Shown here: positions 52,899 to 62,517 of the stretch, one piece after another
How positions within the stretch are numbered: position 1 is the stretch's first letter
Layout of the letters: every line of letters begins with the position of its first letter
NCBI GenBank assembly: GCA_005400705.1
Contig: GCA_005400705.1_4079.1
Direction: 5' to 3' (one strand)
Origin: Escherichia coli
Lineage (GTDB): Bacteria; Pseudomonadota; Gammaproteobacteria; Enterobacterales; Enterobacteriaceae
DNA: 64,000 nucleotides
Position numbers and translations under genes: made by a program
Notes under the pieces: model-generated
Databases searched by the model: none
What the model saw: only the letters and a program-made list of their open reading frames with translations
What the model was told of the DNA's origin: nothing

Positions 52899-53376
52899 TG
52901 TGAAATGTAATCTTAACGCAGTTGTTTATGCAATCAATTGCGGTGCAGATATCCAGTACTTACAATTGCAGGAAATTGATGAACCTGAAAGGTTGAAATT
53001 CAATGATAACTGTAAAAAATTTGGCTTAGAACAACGTATGCTGGATTATACAATTGAGCATGATAAAAATCATGAACTGTGGCGATATGATCCAGTATAC
53101 GACAAAATAAATCTGCGTGACTTTTTCTTACAAAAATGCACATCCGATGAAGCACGAAAACGTGTTGAGTATGAACTTGATTTATATGAATATTATAATA
53201 TGACAAAGCTACTAAGATGTATGATATGGCTTGTTGATTATATGGAAGAAAATGAGATCTTTTGGGGTCTAGGTCGTGGAAGCTCTGTTGCATCATACTG
53301 TTTGTTTTTGATTGGACTACATATGGTAGATTCATTGAAGTACGAACTTGATGTTAACGAATTTTTGAAATGGTAG
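52858..53376 (+). CDS. DnaE (Pol III alpha) core-like fragment ending just before catalytic-Asp region
   Basis: RVEYELDLYEYYNMTKLLRCMIWLVDYMEENEIFWGLGRGSSVASYCLFLIGL colinear with DnaE ...GPGRGSxAGSLVAY... palm segment. Confidence 0.5.
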   Translation: MKVQGNRFISPNGDVKCNLNAVVYAINCGADIQYLQLQEIDEPERLKFNDNCKKFGLEQRMLDYTIEHDKNHELWRYDPVYDKINLRDFFLQKCTSDEARKRVEYELDLYEYYNMTKLLRCMIWLVDYMEENEIFWGLGRGSSVASYCLFLIGLHMVDSLKYELDVNEFLKW

Positions 53377-53385
53377 AAAAACATG

Positions 53386-53394
53386 TGATATAAT
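53386..53394 (+). promoter_or_regulatory. extended -10 promoter (TGaTATAAT) inside inverted repeat
   Basis: tgtgatataa ... ttatatcaca inverted repeat (53384-53418). Confidence 0.45.
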
Positions 53395-53439
53395 GTTTAT
53401 TGTAGGCTTATATCACACATACAATAAAAGGATTTTGAT

Positions 53440-53784
53440 ATGTCTAAACATACAACTTATCGTGGTACAACAATTGACATGGATATGCTCAAGTACCAAA
53501 ATCAACATCAGGTAGCATTGGGTAATGCTAATCTAAACGCACGTGGTGATAAAATCGGTTCCGGTGGAACAATTATTAAAACTCGTGAAGAGTTGATTCA
53601 AGAAAAAGAACGAGAAATGCAAATTCCTGATTATATCCCTGAACATCAACTTCATAGTACTGAACATGGTACGGATGAAGTATGGGATGATGAGAGTTTT
53701 GAAGTTAAGCCCGAAGAACAAGAAGCTGAGGTTTCTGAAGAGAAGAAAGCACCACGTCGAGCTAGAACCAAAGATCAGGAGTAA
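53440..53784 (+). CDS. hypothetical protein
   Basis: 114 aa, acidic C-terminus. Confidence 0.45.
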   Translation: MSKHTTYRGTTIDMDMLKYQNQHQVALGNANLNARGDKIGSGGTIIKTREELIQEKEREMQIPDYIPEHQLHSTEHGTDEVWDDESFEVKPEEQEAEVSEEKKAPRRARTKDQE

Positions 53785-53792
53785 TATATTAA

Positions 53793-54119
53793 ATGACTAA
53801 TAAAGTAATGACTGCATGTAAAGGTAAAGTACTGGTAACTGAACTGGAACATGGTGAACGCAAAACAGCAGGTGGTATCGTTTTAACAAACGATGACGGT
53901 AAAATTAGAGGTATTCGTTCTCGCTGGGCAAAAGTTTATTCTGTAGGCGAAGACATTACTGATATTAAAGAAGGTCAATGGATTTTAATTGATCATGGTC
54001 GATGGTCAAGAACTATTGAAGTTGATGGTATTGAATTAAACTTGGTTGATTATCCAGCCGCAGTTAGTTTAGTTTCAGATGAAGATCCACGAACTAAAAT
54101 GCTAACCTTTGGTCGTTAA
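53793..54119 (+). CDS. second GroES/gp31-like co-chaperonin
   Basis: GKVLVTELEHGERKTAGGIVLT mobile-loop-like motif. Confidence 0.6.
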   Translation: MTNKVMTACKGKVLVTELEHGERKTAGGIVLTNDDGKIRGIRSRWAKVYSVGEDITDIKEGQWILIDHGRWSRTIEVDGIELNLVDYPAAVSLVSDEDPRTKMLTFGR

Positions 54120-54133
54120 TAAAATATAATTAA

Positions 54134-54160
54134 AGCTCGGATGAATATCTGGGCTTTTTA
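54134..54160 (+). terminator. terminator hairpin
   Basis: agctcgg-atgaatat-ctgggct + TTTTTATTT. Confidence 0.45.
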
Positions 54161-54175
54161 TTTGGACAGATTTTG

Positions 54176-54445
54176 ATGATAACTGATGATGGAAAATTTA
54201 GTTTCAAGGATGTAACATTAGTATCTAAAAACGGAAGATTCATGTTTGAAGATAGAAAAAATACCAAATATGTATATGAAGTTTCACATGATATGTTTAA
54301 AGTTTTATTAGTTGCATCAGCCCAAGCTGAAAGTACTGGGATTAAAAATAAGGCAAATTCTTTTAATTTTTTATTAAATCAATTGGAAATGACAGAAGAA
54401 CTTTTCACGGCTTTATTATATAATTCAGCCGATTGGATTCTATAA
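54176..54445 (+). CDS. hypothetical small protein
   Basis: about 89-aa ORF. Confidence 0.35.
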   Translation: MITDDGKFSFKDVTLVSKNGRFMFEDRKNTKYVYEVSHDMFKVLLVASAQAESTGIKNKANSFNFLLNQLEMTEELFTALLYNSADWIL

Positions 54446-54468
54446 CACGTACACATAAGGAAATACAA

Positions 54469-55422
54469 ATGACCACACTATGGACTGAAAAATATCGCCC
54501 ACAATCAATGGAAGATTATGTATCAAAAAACGATGCACTACGCCAGAAAATGGAAGAATGGATTAAGACTGGTGACATTCCACATATTGGGTTTTTTGGC
54601 CCAGCAGGAACTGGTAAAACATCTGCGATCAAAGTACTAATTAATGGACTAGTTCAAAATGGACACCTTGATCCAAGTGATGTGACCACGCTTAACATGT
54701 CCGATGAAGGCATTGATGCTGTTCGTGACAAAATCGATGCCGCAGCAAAGCTATCATGTTTTGGTAGATATCGTATTTTTGTTCTTGAAGAAATGGAGCA
54801 GATGAACCACAAAGCACAAGGTAGTTTGAAACGTGTAATGGAAGACTATCATGAAAATGCTCGCTTTATTTTAACAAGTAACGAACCACATAAAATTCAA
54901 AAACCTATCATTTCTCGTGTTCAAGTTATTACAATCGAAAAGCATGATATGGAACAATTCATGACTCGAATTTATAATATTCTTCTAGCAGAAGGTGTTG
55001 ATTTGAGTAGTGATGATAGTGTTGAACAAGTTCAAAAGTACATCAATGCTTCCTATCCTGATTTCCGTAAAACACTAAACGTATTGCAAAGTTCAGTTGT
55101 TGATGGTAAGCTAGTAAAACTTGAAGATAGTATTGAAAATTCAGCAGGGTATCGTACTGCAATTGTTGAAGCATTAAAGGCAGGCAACATTCGCCAAATG
55201 CGTGAACAAATTGTACAAAATATCCCTGATGATGAGATGGATGCATTTTTCTCTTACTTGTACAGAAATGCTGAAATGTTCAGTACTGATGAAATCACAC
55301 TGATGAAGATTAAAGTTAAAATTCGTGATGCAGTTGTTAAGCAAGCAACAGTATCAGACCGTGAAATGAATCTTAGTGCTTTACTGTGTGAGATTGACCT
55401 AATTTGTTCGGGGAACATGTAA
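54469..55422 (+). CDS. clamp loader ATPase subunit (RFC-like; T4 gp44-like)
   Basis: LWTEKYRP, Walker A GPAGTGKTS, Walker B FVLEEME, SRV sensor. Confidence 0.8.
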   Translation: MTTLWTEKYRPQSMEDYVSKNDALRQKMEEWIKTGDIPHIGFFGPAGTGKTSAIKVLINGLVQNGHLDPSDVTTLNMSDEGIDAVRDKIDAAAKLSCFGRYRIFVLEEMEQMNHKAQGSLKRVMEDYHENARFILTSNEPHKIQKPIISRVQVITIEKHDMEQFMTRIYNILLAEGVDLSSDDSVEQVQKYINASYPDFRKTLNVLQSSVVDGKLVKLEDSIENSAGYRTAIVEALKAGNIRQMREQIVQNIPDDEMDAFFSYLYRNAEMFSTDEITLMKIKVKIRDAVVKQATVSDREMNLSALLCEIDLICSGNM

Positions 55423-56048
55423 TGAAACCACGTTGTATAGTTTTTGATTGTGATGAAGTTCTATTGGACCATATGGGTATGCTTTCTGAGTTTGTAAAAC
55501 AAACTTATAATATCACACCATCAACACCATACCCATTAGAATATGATTTATCAGACTGGTTGGGTGTTCCTCAACCTGAAGTTAAAAAGATTCTTGAACA
55601 GTTCAACCAACAATCATATTTGTTTGGGTTGTTAAAGCCAGTCGAACCAAATACAGTTGATATTGTACAAGAGCTACGTGATCGTTTTCATAAAGAAAAA
55701 TTCGTAGTACTCACAAAATGTGGTAAAAAAGGCTATGGTGAAGTTTTACGAAATGTAAATCTAATGCGTGAATTTGGTGAAAACTGCTTTGATGAGATTA
55801 TTATCATAGAAATGAATGAATCAAAGAAAGAAGCATTAGAGGATTTACAAACACGATATGATGTAAAACTAATGATTGATGATTATATCAATAATATTGA
55901 AACTGCTATGGGTCTTGGTATTCCATCAGTTATGATGGGATGTTCTCATAATACTATGTATAAGAATCATAGTGGTTTTGAATATATCGAAAACTGGACA
56001 GAACTTAGACTGAAAATTTATTCAGTACTAGGTAAATATTACAAATAA
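55422..56048 (+). CDS. HAD-superfamily hydrolase, 5'(3')-deoxyribonucleotidase-like
   Basis: Motif I IVFDCDEVLLD; later KLMIDDY. Confidence 0.55.
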   Translation: MKPRCIVFDCDEVLLDHMGMLSEFVKQTYNITPSTPYPLEYDLSDWLGVPQPEVKKILEQFNQQSYLFGLLKPVEPNTVDIVQELRDRFHKEKFVVLTKCGKKGYGEVLRNVNLMREFGENCFDEIIIIEMNESKKEALEDLQTRYDVKLMIDDYINNIETAMGLGIPSVMMGCSHNTMYKNHSGFEYIENWTELRLKIYSVLGKYYK

Positions 56049-56060
56049 AACTTTTAAATT

Positions 56061-56084
56061 GGGGTTTGATTCAAACCCCTTTTG
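56061..56084. terminator. rho-independent terminator
   Basis: ggggtttga-ttcaaacccc + TTTT. Confidence 0.55.
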
Positions 56085-56144
56085 ATGTATTTTAAAAGTA
56101 GTAAATAGTATTATATGTGCTAGTTTTTAAGGATAATATAAAAT

Positions 56145-56708
56145 ATGGACGATTTAGATTATACAGATAATGCTATTCAGCAGTTGTATGATAACAGTGG
56201 TATGTTAGATATACTTCTTGCTGTAGAGAAATATTTCGATGATAATGATTTATATGCGTATAAAGGAATTATTGAGGGTGAGTTGGTAGAGGGGCCAATT
56301 GTAAGTAAGTATTGGTGTACTGTTACATTTAAATACTATCGTGAAAATTTTCCCGATCCTACCGCATTCTCTATTTTAGAGAAACATGGAACTAAAGTAT
56401 ATGTTAAAGCTGATTATGAAATAACTCCTATTAAAGAACCAAATCGTCAAGCTGACATGAAAAGTGTAGCGACACAATCTGGCTCTGTACGTATACCAAA
56501 AAATGAAAGAATCCCAGTACTATTGGTTAGAGTGCAGATTCCACGAAACTTGATTAATCCAGAAAGTTTTGATGAATATAAACTAATGGCAGCAGAATTC
56601 AATAGTAATCCAATGAATTCTCCTGAGAATATTGAAGAACCTGTAACTGGTGATGATGTGGATTTAGATGTAGAAGTAACGGATGAGACACAAGAAGGTG
56701 GAATGTAA
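56145..56708 (+). CDS. hypothetical protein
   Basis: 187-aa ORF. Confidence 0.45.
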   Translation: MDDLDYTDNAIQQLYDNSGMLDILLAVEKYFDDNDLYAYKGIIEGELVEGPIVSKYWCTVTFKYYRENFPDPTAFSILEKHGTKVYVKADYEITPIKEPNRQADMKSVATQSGSVRIPKNERIPVLLVRVQIPRNLINPESFDEYKLMAAEFNSNPMNSPENIEEPVTGDDVDLDVEVTDETQEGGM

Positions 56709-57388
56709 TGAAAAAGAAATTAAATGAACAAGGCTTACGTCCGCAAGTTCTCAAAGATTTGATTCATCCTATCATTAGTGTTGATGAATATACTCCTAAA
56801 ATTGAAGATAGTAATATTGTTATTATGTTTCAGGTACTTAACAATTTTGATGCAGCATATGATTTATCTTCTTTTATTGAAAAATTACCTATTGATGTAG
56901 CTGATACAGAAGCAGCAGAAACACCAAATTTAGATGGTCGATATCAAGTTTATGTTGAAATGGAACGAAATGCCGAATTCCCTGAAAAACTTTTACGTTT
57001 AATTAAAACTATTGAAAATATTTGTCCAGACCCAGGTTGGAAAATACAACTATATGGTGTTAATGACCCAATCGATGTTGATTTTGAAGAAATACAGCAG
57101 AGAATTGATTTGGGTATTCCTAGTTCAATTAGTGAGTTCCTTGATTATGCTGGTGTTTCAGTAATCAAAGAAGGAAACATGTTGACATTAAAAACAGCAT
57201 ATGGTAAATTACATTACAGTACTGGAAGCGGTTTTGTTTCAGAAACATATGTGAAAAAGTTATTAAAGAATGATACACAATTAGACACTTCGCGTCTTAG
57301 TTCCATACTAGGGGAAAGCTATACAGTACTACGAAGTGGTGATCAATATGTAATTGGAAGAAACGGGAAATATTTGGTGTTGCGATGA
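56708..57388 (+). CDS. hypothetical protein
   Basis: 226-aa ORF, overlapping start/stop. Confidence 0.45.
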   Translation: MKKKLNEQGLRPQVLKDLIHPIISVDEYTPKIEDSNIVIMFQVLNNFDAAYDLSSFIEKLPIDVADTEAAETPNLDGRYQVYVEMERNAEFPEKLLRLIKTIENICPDPGWKIQLYGVNDPIDVDFEEIQQRIDLGIPSSISEFLDYAGVSVIKEGNMLTLKTAYGKLHYSTGSGFVSETYVKKLLKNDTQLDTSRLSSILGESYTVLRSGDQYVIGRNGKYLVLR

Positions 57389-58203
57389 GAATTTTAAATA
57401 TGCTTAAATCTCTTCACGAAACAACCAAATTACATCAGGATGAAAAGTATCGTCGCAGCCTTACTAAAGATTTAGCATGTCGTATGTATATGCGTAGATT
57501 TGAAATTTCAAGAATTGGTAAAGGCTGGGATGATGTAAATCGTGAAGACATTGATCCAGATGCAATTTTTAAAGCATACATGGCTAGAAAAGTTTTCATA
57601 AATGAAAAAACTTTTTATATTGATAGTGATAGAGAATTAGAAAATAAATTTACAAAAGGTTTATGGAAGATATGGTGTGTTGAAGTATTCGGTGAAGTAT
57701 TACCTGAGCCACCTGTTCCAGAAACTTATAAAGATTTAAAAAGTATTTTTGATAATGAACATATACATTCAAATTTCTCATTATATGATACTGTGTCAGA
57801 AGCTGTATTTTATGGTGAGTTACATGGTCATAACAAATACTTTGATAGTATGGTTAGTTTTGATTTGTTTTGTCACTTGCCTGGTGTATCAAGTTGGACA
57901 TGTGACCAACACAGAGCAAGTAAGATTGATAAGCGAAAATTCTCGGCCCAAAGATTTATGCAAGTTGCTATGAGTATGTATAAACTTGATTATCTTGGTT
58001 GTCCAGAACCATATAAACATTTTTGGAAAGAAAGAGCACAAAAATGTTTAAACTATTGTATAATCCGTTTAATGGACACATACATTCTTAAGTTTAGAAA
58101 TGCAACTGTATACGACATGCCTGAACCACCAAAGAATGAAAAATATCCACCTGTCAAGACATTTGTATGGTACAAGGATAAAAGTAACAAAAGGATGCAC
58201 TAA
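57385..58203 (+). CDS. hypothetical Cys/His-rich protein
   Basis: 272-aa ORF. Confidence 0.45.
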   Translation: MRILNMLKSLHETTKLHQDEKYRRSLTKDLACRMYMRRFEISRIGKGWDDVNREDIDPDAIFKAYMARKVFINEKTFYIDSDRELENKFTKGLWKIWCVEVFGEVLPEPPVPETYKDLKSIFDNEHIHSNFSLYDTVSEAVFYGELHGHNKYFDSMVSFDLFCHLPGVSSWTCDQHRASKIDKRKFSAQRFMQVAMSMYKLDYLGCPEPYKHFWKERAQKCLNYCIIRLMDTYILKFRNATVYDMPEPPKNEKYPPVKTFVWYKDKSNKRMH

Positions 58204-58218
58204 GGTGCGTCCTTTTTT
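58192..58218 (+). terminator. rho-independent terminator
   Basis: ggatgcac-taag-gtgcgtcc + TTTTTT. Confidence 0.5.
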
Positions 58219-58229
58219 CTTTTCAGGTG

Positions 58230-58258
58230 TTGACATGTGTAGTCGAAGTATGTACAAT
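58230..58258 (+). promoter_or_regulatory. sigma70-type promoter (TTGACA-17-TACAAT)
   Basis: TTGACA 58230-58235, TACAAT 58253-58258. Confidence 0.5.
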
Positions 58259-58299
58259 ATCACCATAGCGTAAATTTTAATTGATTATGAGGTTTTATA

Positions 58300-59427
58300 A
58301 TGAAAGGTAAATATTTTTTCATTGAAAATGGCAAAGAAGTTGAGATTCAAGAATTTAACTATAATTATGTACTGAACTCTTTATTGAAACAATATGACCG
58401 TTCATCAAACAAAAAATACATTTACAATGTAATTGTACGTCGCACCTATGACTCGCTGGGTAATCCGTTATTTGATGTAAAAACTCTGTCATTAGATGAA
58501 ATCTATTTTGATAATAAACGTCTGAAAGTTCTTGATTTAATGAAGGATAAAATTCATTTTAGTAATATTAGAATTGATCCTAACATGCCAGTACCGCCAT
58601 TAGAGCGTGAATATCGTGAATGGAAAGAAGGTCGTGCCAAACCACGTTTAGACTTGGTACAAACATCACCAGATGTACCTGCACCTATTGTTCTTAAGAA
58701 AAAACCTATCAACCCAGACGATAGCAGAATTGATGACATTGAAAGATGGGTTGAATTCCCTAGTACTATTGAAAAGAATTCAGTAAAAGTACTAGACTGG
58801 TTTGTAAACTTACCAGTTTGTGCACAAGAAATTGGAACTAAGATTCAACAAATTTCAGAACGTCAATTGGATCTTAACTCAGCATTACAACAGCATAGTG
58901 ATTATATTAGAATGCTTATGAATAACCTTACTGTTGCGTTGGAGACGTTGTTCCCATTGAAGCCGACCTTTACACAGAAATTGTTTGGTAAAACTGATAT
59001 CAAAGTGCAACCATCAGATTTGCCAAAAGTGATGAAAGCACTAAATGAAGCAGTTAAGTATGACACTAATAAGTTTAGTGGTCTTGGTACGATGTTTTCA
59101 GAACTTAGAAACGAAGTTAATGAAATCAAAAATGAACTTGAATATGGTAAGTTGGGTTGTGAATACGCACTACGTTGTGTGGATGATGCGTTTGAATATG
59201 AATTAACATTAGAACGTATTATGAAAATGGGAATCACCACCTCCATGACTGAAACGAGCATTATTGCAACAAGTAAGCAATATCAAGTTGATATGAATCG
59301 TATGGTAGATATTCAAACTATTACTATTCCTTTGATTATCAATCGTTTACAATCACAGACAGGTAAAGCTGTGGATGAGAGTACTGTAGAAATTATTCGT
59401 AATCTGGCATATGGTAACAAAGAGTAA
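58300..59427 (+). CDS. hypothetical protein
   Basis: 375-aa ORF. Confidence 0.5.
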   Translation: MKGKYFFIENGKEVEIQEFNYNYVLNSLLKQYDRSSNKKYIYNVIVRRTYDSLGNPLFDVKTLSLDEIYFDNKRLKVLDLMKDKIHFSNIRIDPNMPVPPLEREYREWKEGRAKPRLDLVQTSPDVPAPIVLKKKPINPDDSRIDDIERWVEFPSTIEKNSVKVLDWFVNLPVCAQEIGTKIQQISERQLDLNSALQQHSDYIRMLMNNLTVALETLFPLKPTFTQKLFGKTDIKVQPSDLPKVMKALNEAVKYDTNKFSGLGTMFSELRNEVNEIKNELEYGKLGCEYALRCVDDAFEYELTLERIMKMGITTSMTETSIIATSKQYQVDMNRMVDIQTITIPLIINRLQSQTGKAVDESTVEIIRNLAYGNKE

Positions 59428-59436
59428 AAAAAATAC

Positions 59437-59465
59437 TTGACTATCATACGTGCTGCCCGTATAAT
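59437..59465 (+). promoter_or_regulatory. sigma70-type promoter (TTGACT-17-TATAAT)
   Basis: TTGACT 59437-59442, TATAAT 59460-59465. Confidence 0.5.
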
Positions 59466-59513
59466 GTTTATCACAGAGCAGCACATCATATTAAATTAAA
59501 CGAGGAATACTAA

Positions 59514-60650
59514 ATGTCCGAGAAAGAAATCAATCCTAAAAAAGCATCCACCGCAGCTAAATCAGCAAAACGCACTACTAAAACTGCGTCTAAAGGTCAT
59601 ACAATTGATGCAAGTGATATTTTTAACCAAACTACAAAATCACTACCAGTACTGAAAGATGTTAAGGGAAATACTATGTCTCTAACAGTTCAAAACATCA
59701 ATACTGTTGGTACAACTGCTGGTGCTGCTGTTGGGCGTTTGGCTGATGAAATTATGTCTAAAGTTAATGTAACGGATGACAATACCGAGTTTGGTAAATC
59801 AATCACCACAATTCTTACGTTGACTCGTGCAGTTGATATTGACAGTCTTCAAGAAGATAAATCAATTGTTGGTCGTATTAAGAAATTCTTTGTTAATGCT
59901 CAACAGAAAGTAGGTGATCAGTACAAAAACAGTAAAGAGCAAATTGACGAAATTATGAAAACTCTTCAAACTGGTATTAATCGCCAGCACGGAGAATGTG
60001 AATGGCTTGATAAAGCATATAATGAAAACAAAGAATATTTGTTTGAATTACGTGATACATTAGTTGGTTTAGAAGAAGTAACTAAAACACAAGATGCATT
60101 ATTATTAGAAATGCAAGCAGACAAAAATGTAGACTCTTTTGCTATTCAAGAGCAAAAGATGATTTGTGAAGCACTTTCTAAACAAGAAGATAAGATTCGT
60201 CGTCTTATCATGATGTGCGAGCTAAGTGGTCCACGTTTGATGAGTATGAAAAAAGTAAACTTGAACACTGTTTCTAAGTTTGAAGATTTAAAATCTGTTG
60301 TTATTCCAGCATGGAAGTCTCAATTGGCTGAACAGTTAATTTCCGAGCGTCAACGTAAGGATAATGAACTAGGCAATCTAATTGATAATGAGACAAACCG
60401 TCTTTTGGAAACTAACTCTAAAATGGTTGCAGCAAATATGTTGGACGCAGCAAAGGCAAACAACCGTGGTATTGTGGATATTAAAACCTTGCGTAATGTA
60501 CATAAAACGATGATTGACAGTATTGAAGCAGTTATTGAAGAAGAGAAAAAAGGTAAATTGGAACGTGAACGTGCTAAACAGGAAATTGCACAACTTTCCT
60601 ATGAACTGGAAGACACTCTTCGTGAAATTGCCGAAAAAGCTAACAAGTAA
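59514..60650 (+). CDS. hypothetical coiled-coil protein
   Basis: 378 aa, Lys-rich N-terminus, long helical heptad regions. Confidence 0.5.
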   Translation: MSEKEINPKKASTAAKSAKRTTKTASKGHTIDASDIFNQTTKSLPVLKDVKGNTMSLTVQNINTVGTTAGAAVGRLADEIMSKVNVTDDNTEFGKSITTILTLTRAVDIDSLQEDKSIVGRIKKFFVNAQQKVGDQYKNSKEQIDEIMKTLQTGINRQHGECEWLDKAYNENKEYLFELRDTLVGLEEVTKTQDALLLEMQADKNVDSFAIQEQKMICEALSKQEDKIRRLIMMCELSGPRLMSMKKVNLNTVSKFEDLKSVVIPAWKSQLAEQLISERQRKDNELGNLIDNETNRLLETNSKMVAANMLDAAKANNRGIVDIKTLRNVHKTMIDSIEAVIEEEKKGKLERERAKQEIAQLSYELEDTLREIAEKANK

Positions 60651-60653
60651 TAG

Positions 60654-60682
60654 TTGACATATGAGTGCGTTTTTAATATAAT
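60654..60682 (+). promoter_or_regulatory. sigma70-type promoter (TTGACA-17-TATAAT) embedded in hairpin
   Basis: TTGACA 60654-60659, TATAAT 60677-60682 in loop of hairpin 60664-60705. Confidence 0.5.
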
Positions 60683-60705
60683 CTTATTGAAAACGCACTC
60701 TTTTT
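60664..60705 (+). terminator. hairpin + T-tract enclosing promoter -10
   Basis: gagtgcgtttt ... aaaacgcactc arms, TTTTT after. Confidence 0.4.
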
Positions 60706-60729
60706 AATGTACAGATAAGGAACTAACTT

Positions 60730-61419
60730 ATGAAACGTCGTCATATTAGTGTTGATATCGAAGCTCTTGGAACACCTGAACTTTCCGGTTATGATATTAT
60801 TATCCCAAATTACGCAGCAGTAGTAGTTCCAAGTAAACCTGAAAATGACATTCGTCAGTTCTTATATATTAAATTACCATACCAGGATCAAGTTGCTGCT
60901 GGTTTAAAATCAGACGCAGGTGCAATGGATTTTTGGATGAATACATGTCAGAAAGAATACCCTAATGCATATTCTGAAGTTGCCAGTACTATGAAACTCA
61001 AAGCACCTGAACTGTATGGACCGAATGGTCAATCACGACGATTTTTTGCATACAGTAGTATTGTTGATTTCTGGAAAGAATTACGTTACAATGATTATGG
61101 TGAAGAAGTTCCTCATTCAGTCTGGGGCAACGGATGTAACTTCGATTGTAGTATTTTACAAGCAAACCATTTAAAACTAATGAACGCTGGTGAGTTGTGG
61201 AAGTATGATGCACCTGAAAATGCACGCACATTGAAACGTTTATTGAATGAAGAAGCTCGTATTGAAATGGATGAAATCGTTTCGGTACAGTTGGATAAAT
61301 TTATCACATATGCAAATACGTGTGGGATTAATGGGTTGGAGTTACATCACCCACTGTTTGATGCAGCACGTGAAGCAATCCAGATTTCATTCTGTCTAAA
61401 CAAGCTTAAAATGGATTAA
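60730..61419 (+). CDS. DEDD-family 3'-5' exonuclease (DexA-like)
   Basis: ISVDIEALGT (DxE), WGNGCNFDCSIL, HHPLFDAAREA (H-x4-D). Confidence 0.6.
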   Translation: MKRRHISVDIEALGTPELSGYDIIIPNYAAVVVPSKPENDIRQFLYIKLPYQDQVAAGLKSDAGAMDFWMNTCQKEYPNAYSEVASTMKLKAPELYGPNGQSRRFFAYSSIVDFWKELRYNDYGEEVPHSVWGNGCNFDCSILQANHLKLMNAGELWKYDAPENARTLKRLLNEEARIEMDEIVSVQLDKFITYANTCGINGLELHHPLFDAAREAIQISFCLNKLKMD

Positions 61420-61422
61420 TAC

Positions 61423-62517
61423 ATGAATTTCATTATTCTGTTAATACCTGCTCTTATCGTTGTATTCGTTATGAAATACATGTACGATAAGCATATCAGT
61501 ACTAAAGAACTATTGATTCATATTGGTTGTTGTCTGGTTGGTGCGGCTCTTGTTCTTGGTATTTCATACGCAATCAACTATAGCCAGCTTTATGATGTTG
61601 AGATTCTGAATGGTCAAGTAACTTCAAAATACAGCCACAAAGAATATTGCACACAATCTAGTTCATGTAAGCACTATACATGGCATGAGAAGTGCCATAC
61701 GCGATATGATAGTAAAGGTAAATCACATCGTGAGTGTGAATCATATAAGGTTTTTGATTACTCATATGAAGTTGATTGGTATGTGAAAAGTACAGTAGGT
61801 GAGTTTGAGATTGAACGTGTGAACCGTCAAGGTACAATGACACCACCACGTTGGCAGCAAGTTATGATTGGTGACTATGCCGCCGCAGAGAGTTCATATA
61901 TCAACTATCTATTTGCTGATAAGAACTCATTGTTTAGTCCTGAAGAACTACACAACATGTATGATGAAAAGTATCTTAGTACTATTCCAGAATACCCAAG
62001 TGTAGTTGATTATTACAAAACACATCACGTAATTAACACTACAAATTACAACGTTGATGGTTACGATGAATACCTTCGTAATGAGCTAAAAACGATGGGT
62101 GCACGAAAGCAGGTAAACATCCAAGTACTAGTTTATGATTACAAAGATGTGGATTTTGTTGATGCTACCCTTGCATCGTGGCGTGGTGGTAAGAAGAATG
62201 ATGTTATTATGTTCTTTGGTATTGACAATGATGGTAACGTTGTCAAATTTTACAGTACATCATTTGCACAAGGAATGAAGAATGAAGAGTTACATGCAAA
62301 GATGCGTATTGATGCATTAAATGAAAAATTAACTCTTGACTTACTAGTTAAAGAAGTACATAATATTGACACACAGTTTGAGAGACTCTCTAATAAAGAG
62401 TTTGAGTACTTGTCAGTAAAAATGGAACCTAGAAAAGATGTTCTTATCGGTGCTTCCATTGTGTTGTTGATTCTGTCTATTTTCATTGGCCTTTATATGA
62501 GGGATAACGATTTATGA
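61423..62517 (+). CDS. membrane protein (N- and C-terminal TM helices, Cys/His-rich central domain)
   Basis: N-terminal IILLIPALIVVFV and C-terminal LIGASIVLLILSIFIGL hydrophobic segments. Confidence 0.5.
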   Translation: MNFIILLIPALIVVFVMKYMYDKHISTKELLIHIGCCLVGAALVLGISYAINYSQLYDVEILNGQVTSKYSHKEYCTQSSSCKHYTWHEKCHTRYDSKGKSHRECESYKVFDYSYEVDWYVKSTVGEFEIERVNRQGTMTPPRWQQVMIGDYAAAESSYINYLFADKNSLFSPEELHNMYDEKYLSTIPEYPSVVDYYKTHHVINTTNYNVDGYDEYLRNELKTMGARKQVNIQVLVYDYKDVDFVDATLASWRGGKKNDVIMFFGIDNDGNVVKFYSTSFAQGMKNEELHAKMRIDALNEKLTLDLLVKEVHNIDTQFERLSNKEFEYLSVKMEPRKDVLIGASIVLLILSIFIGLYMRDNDL

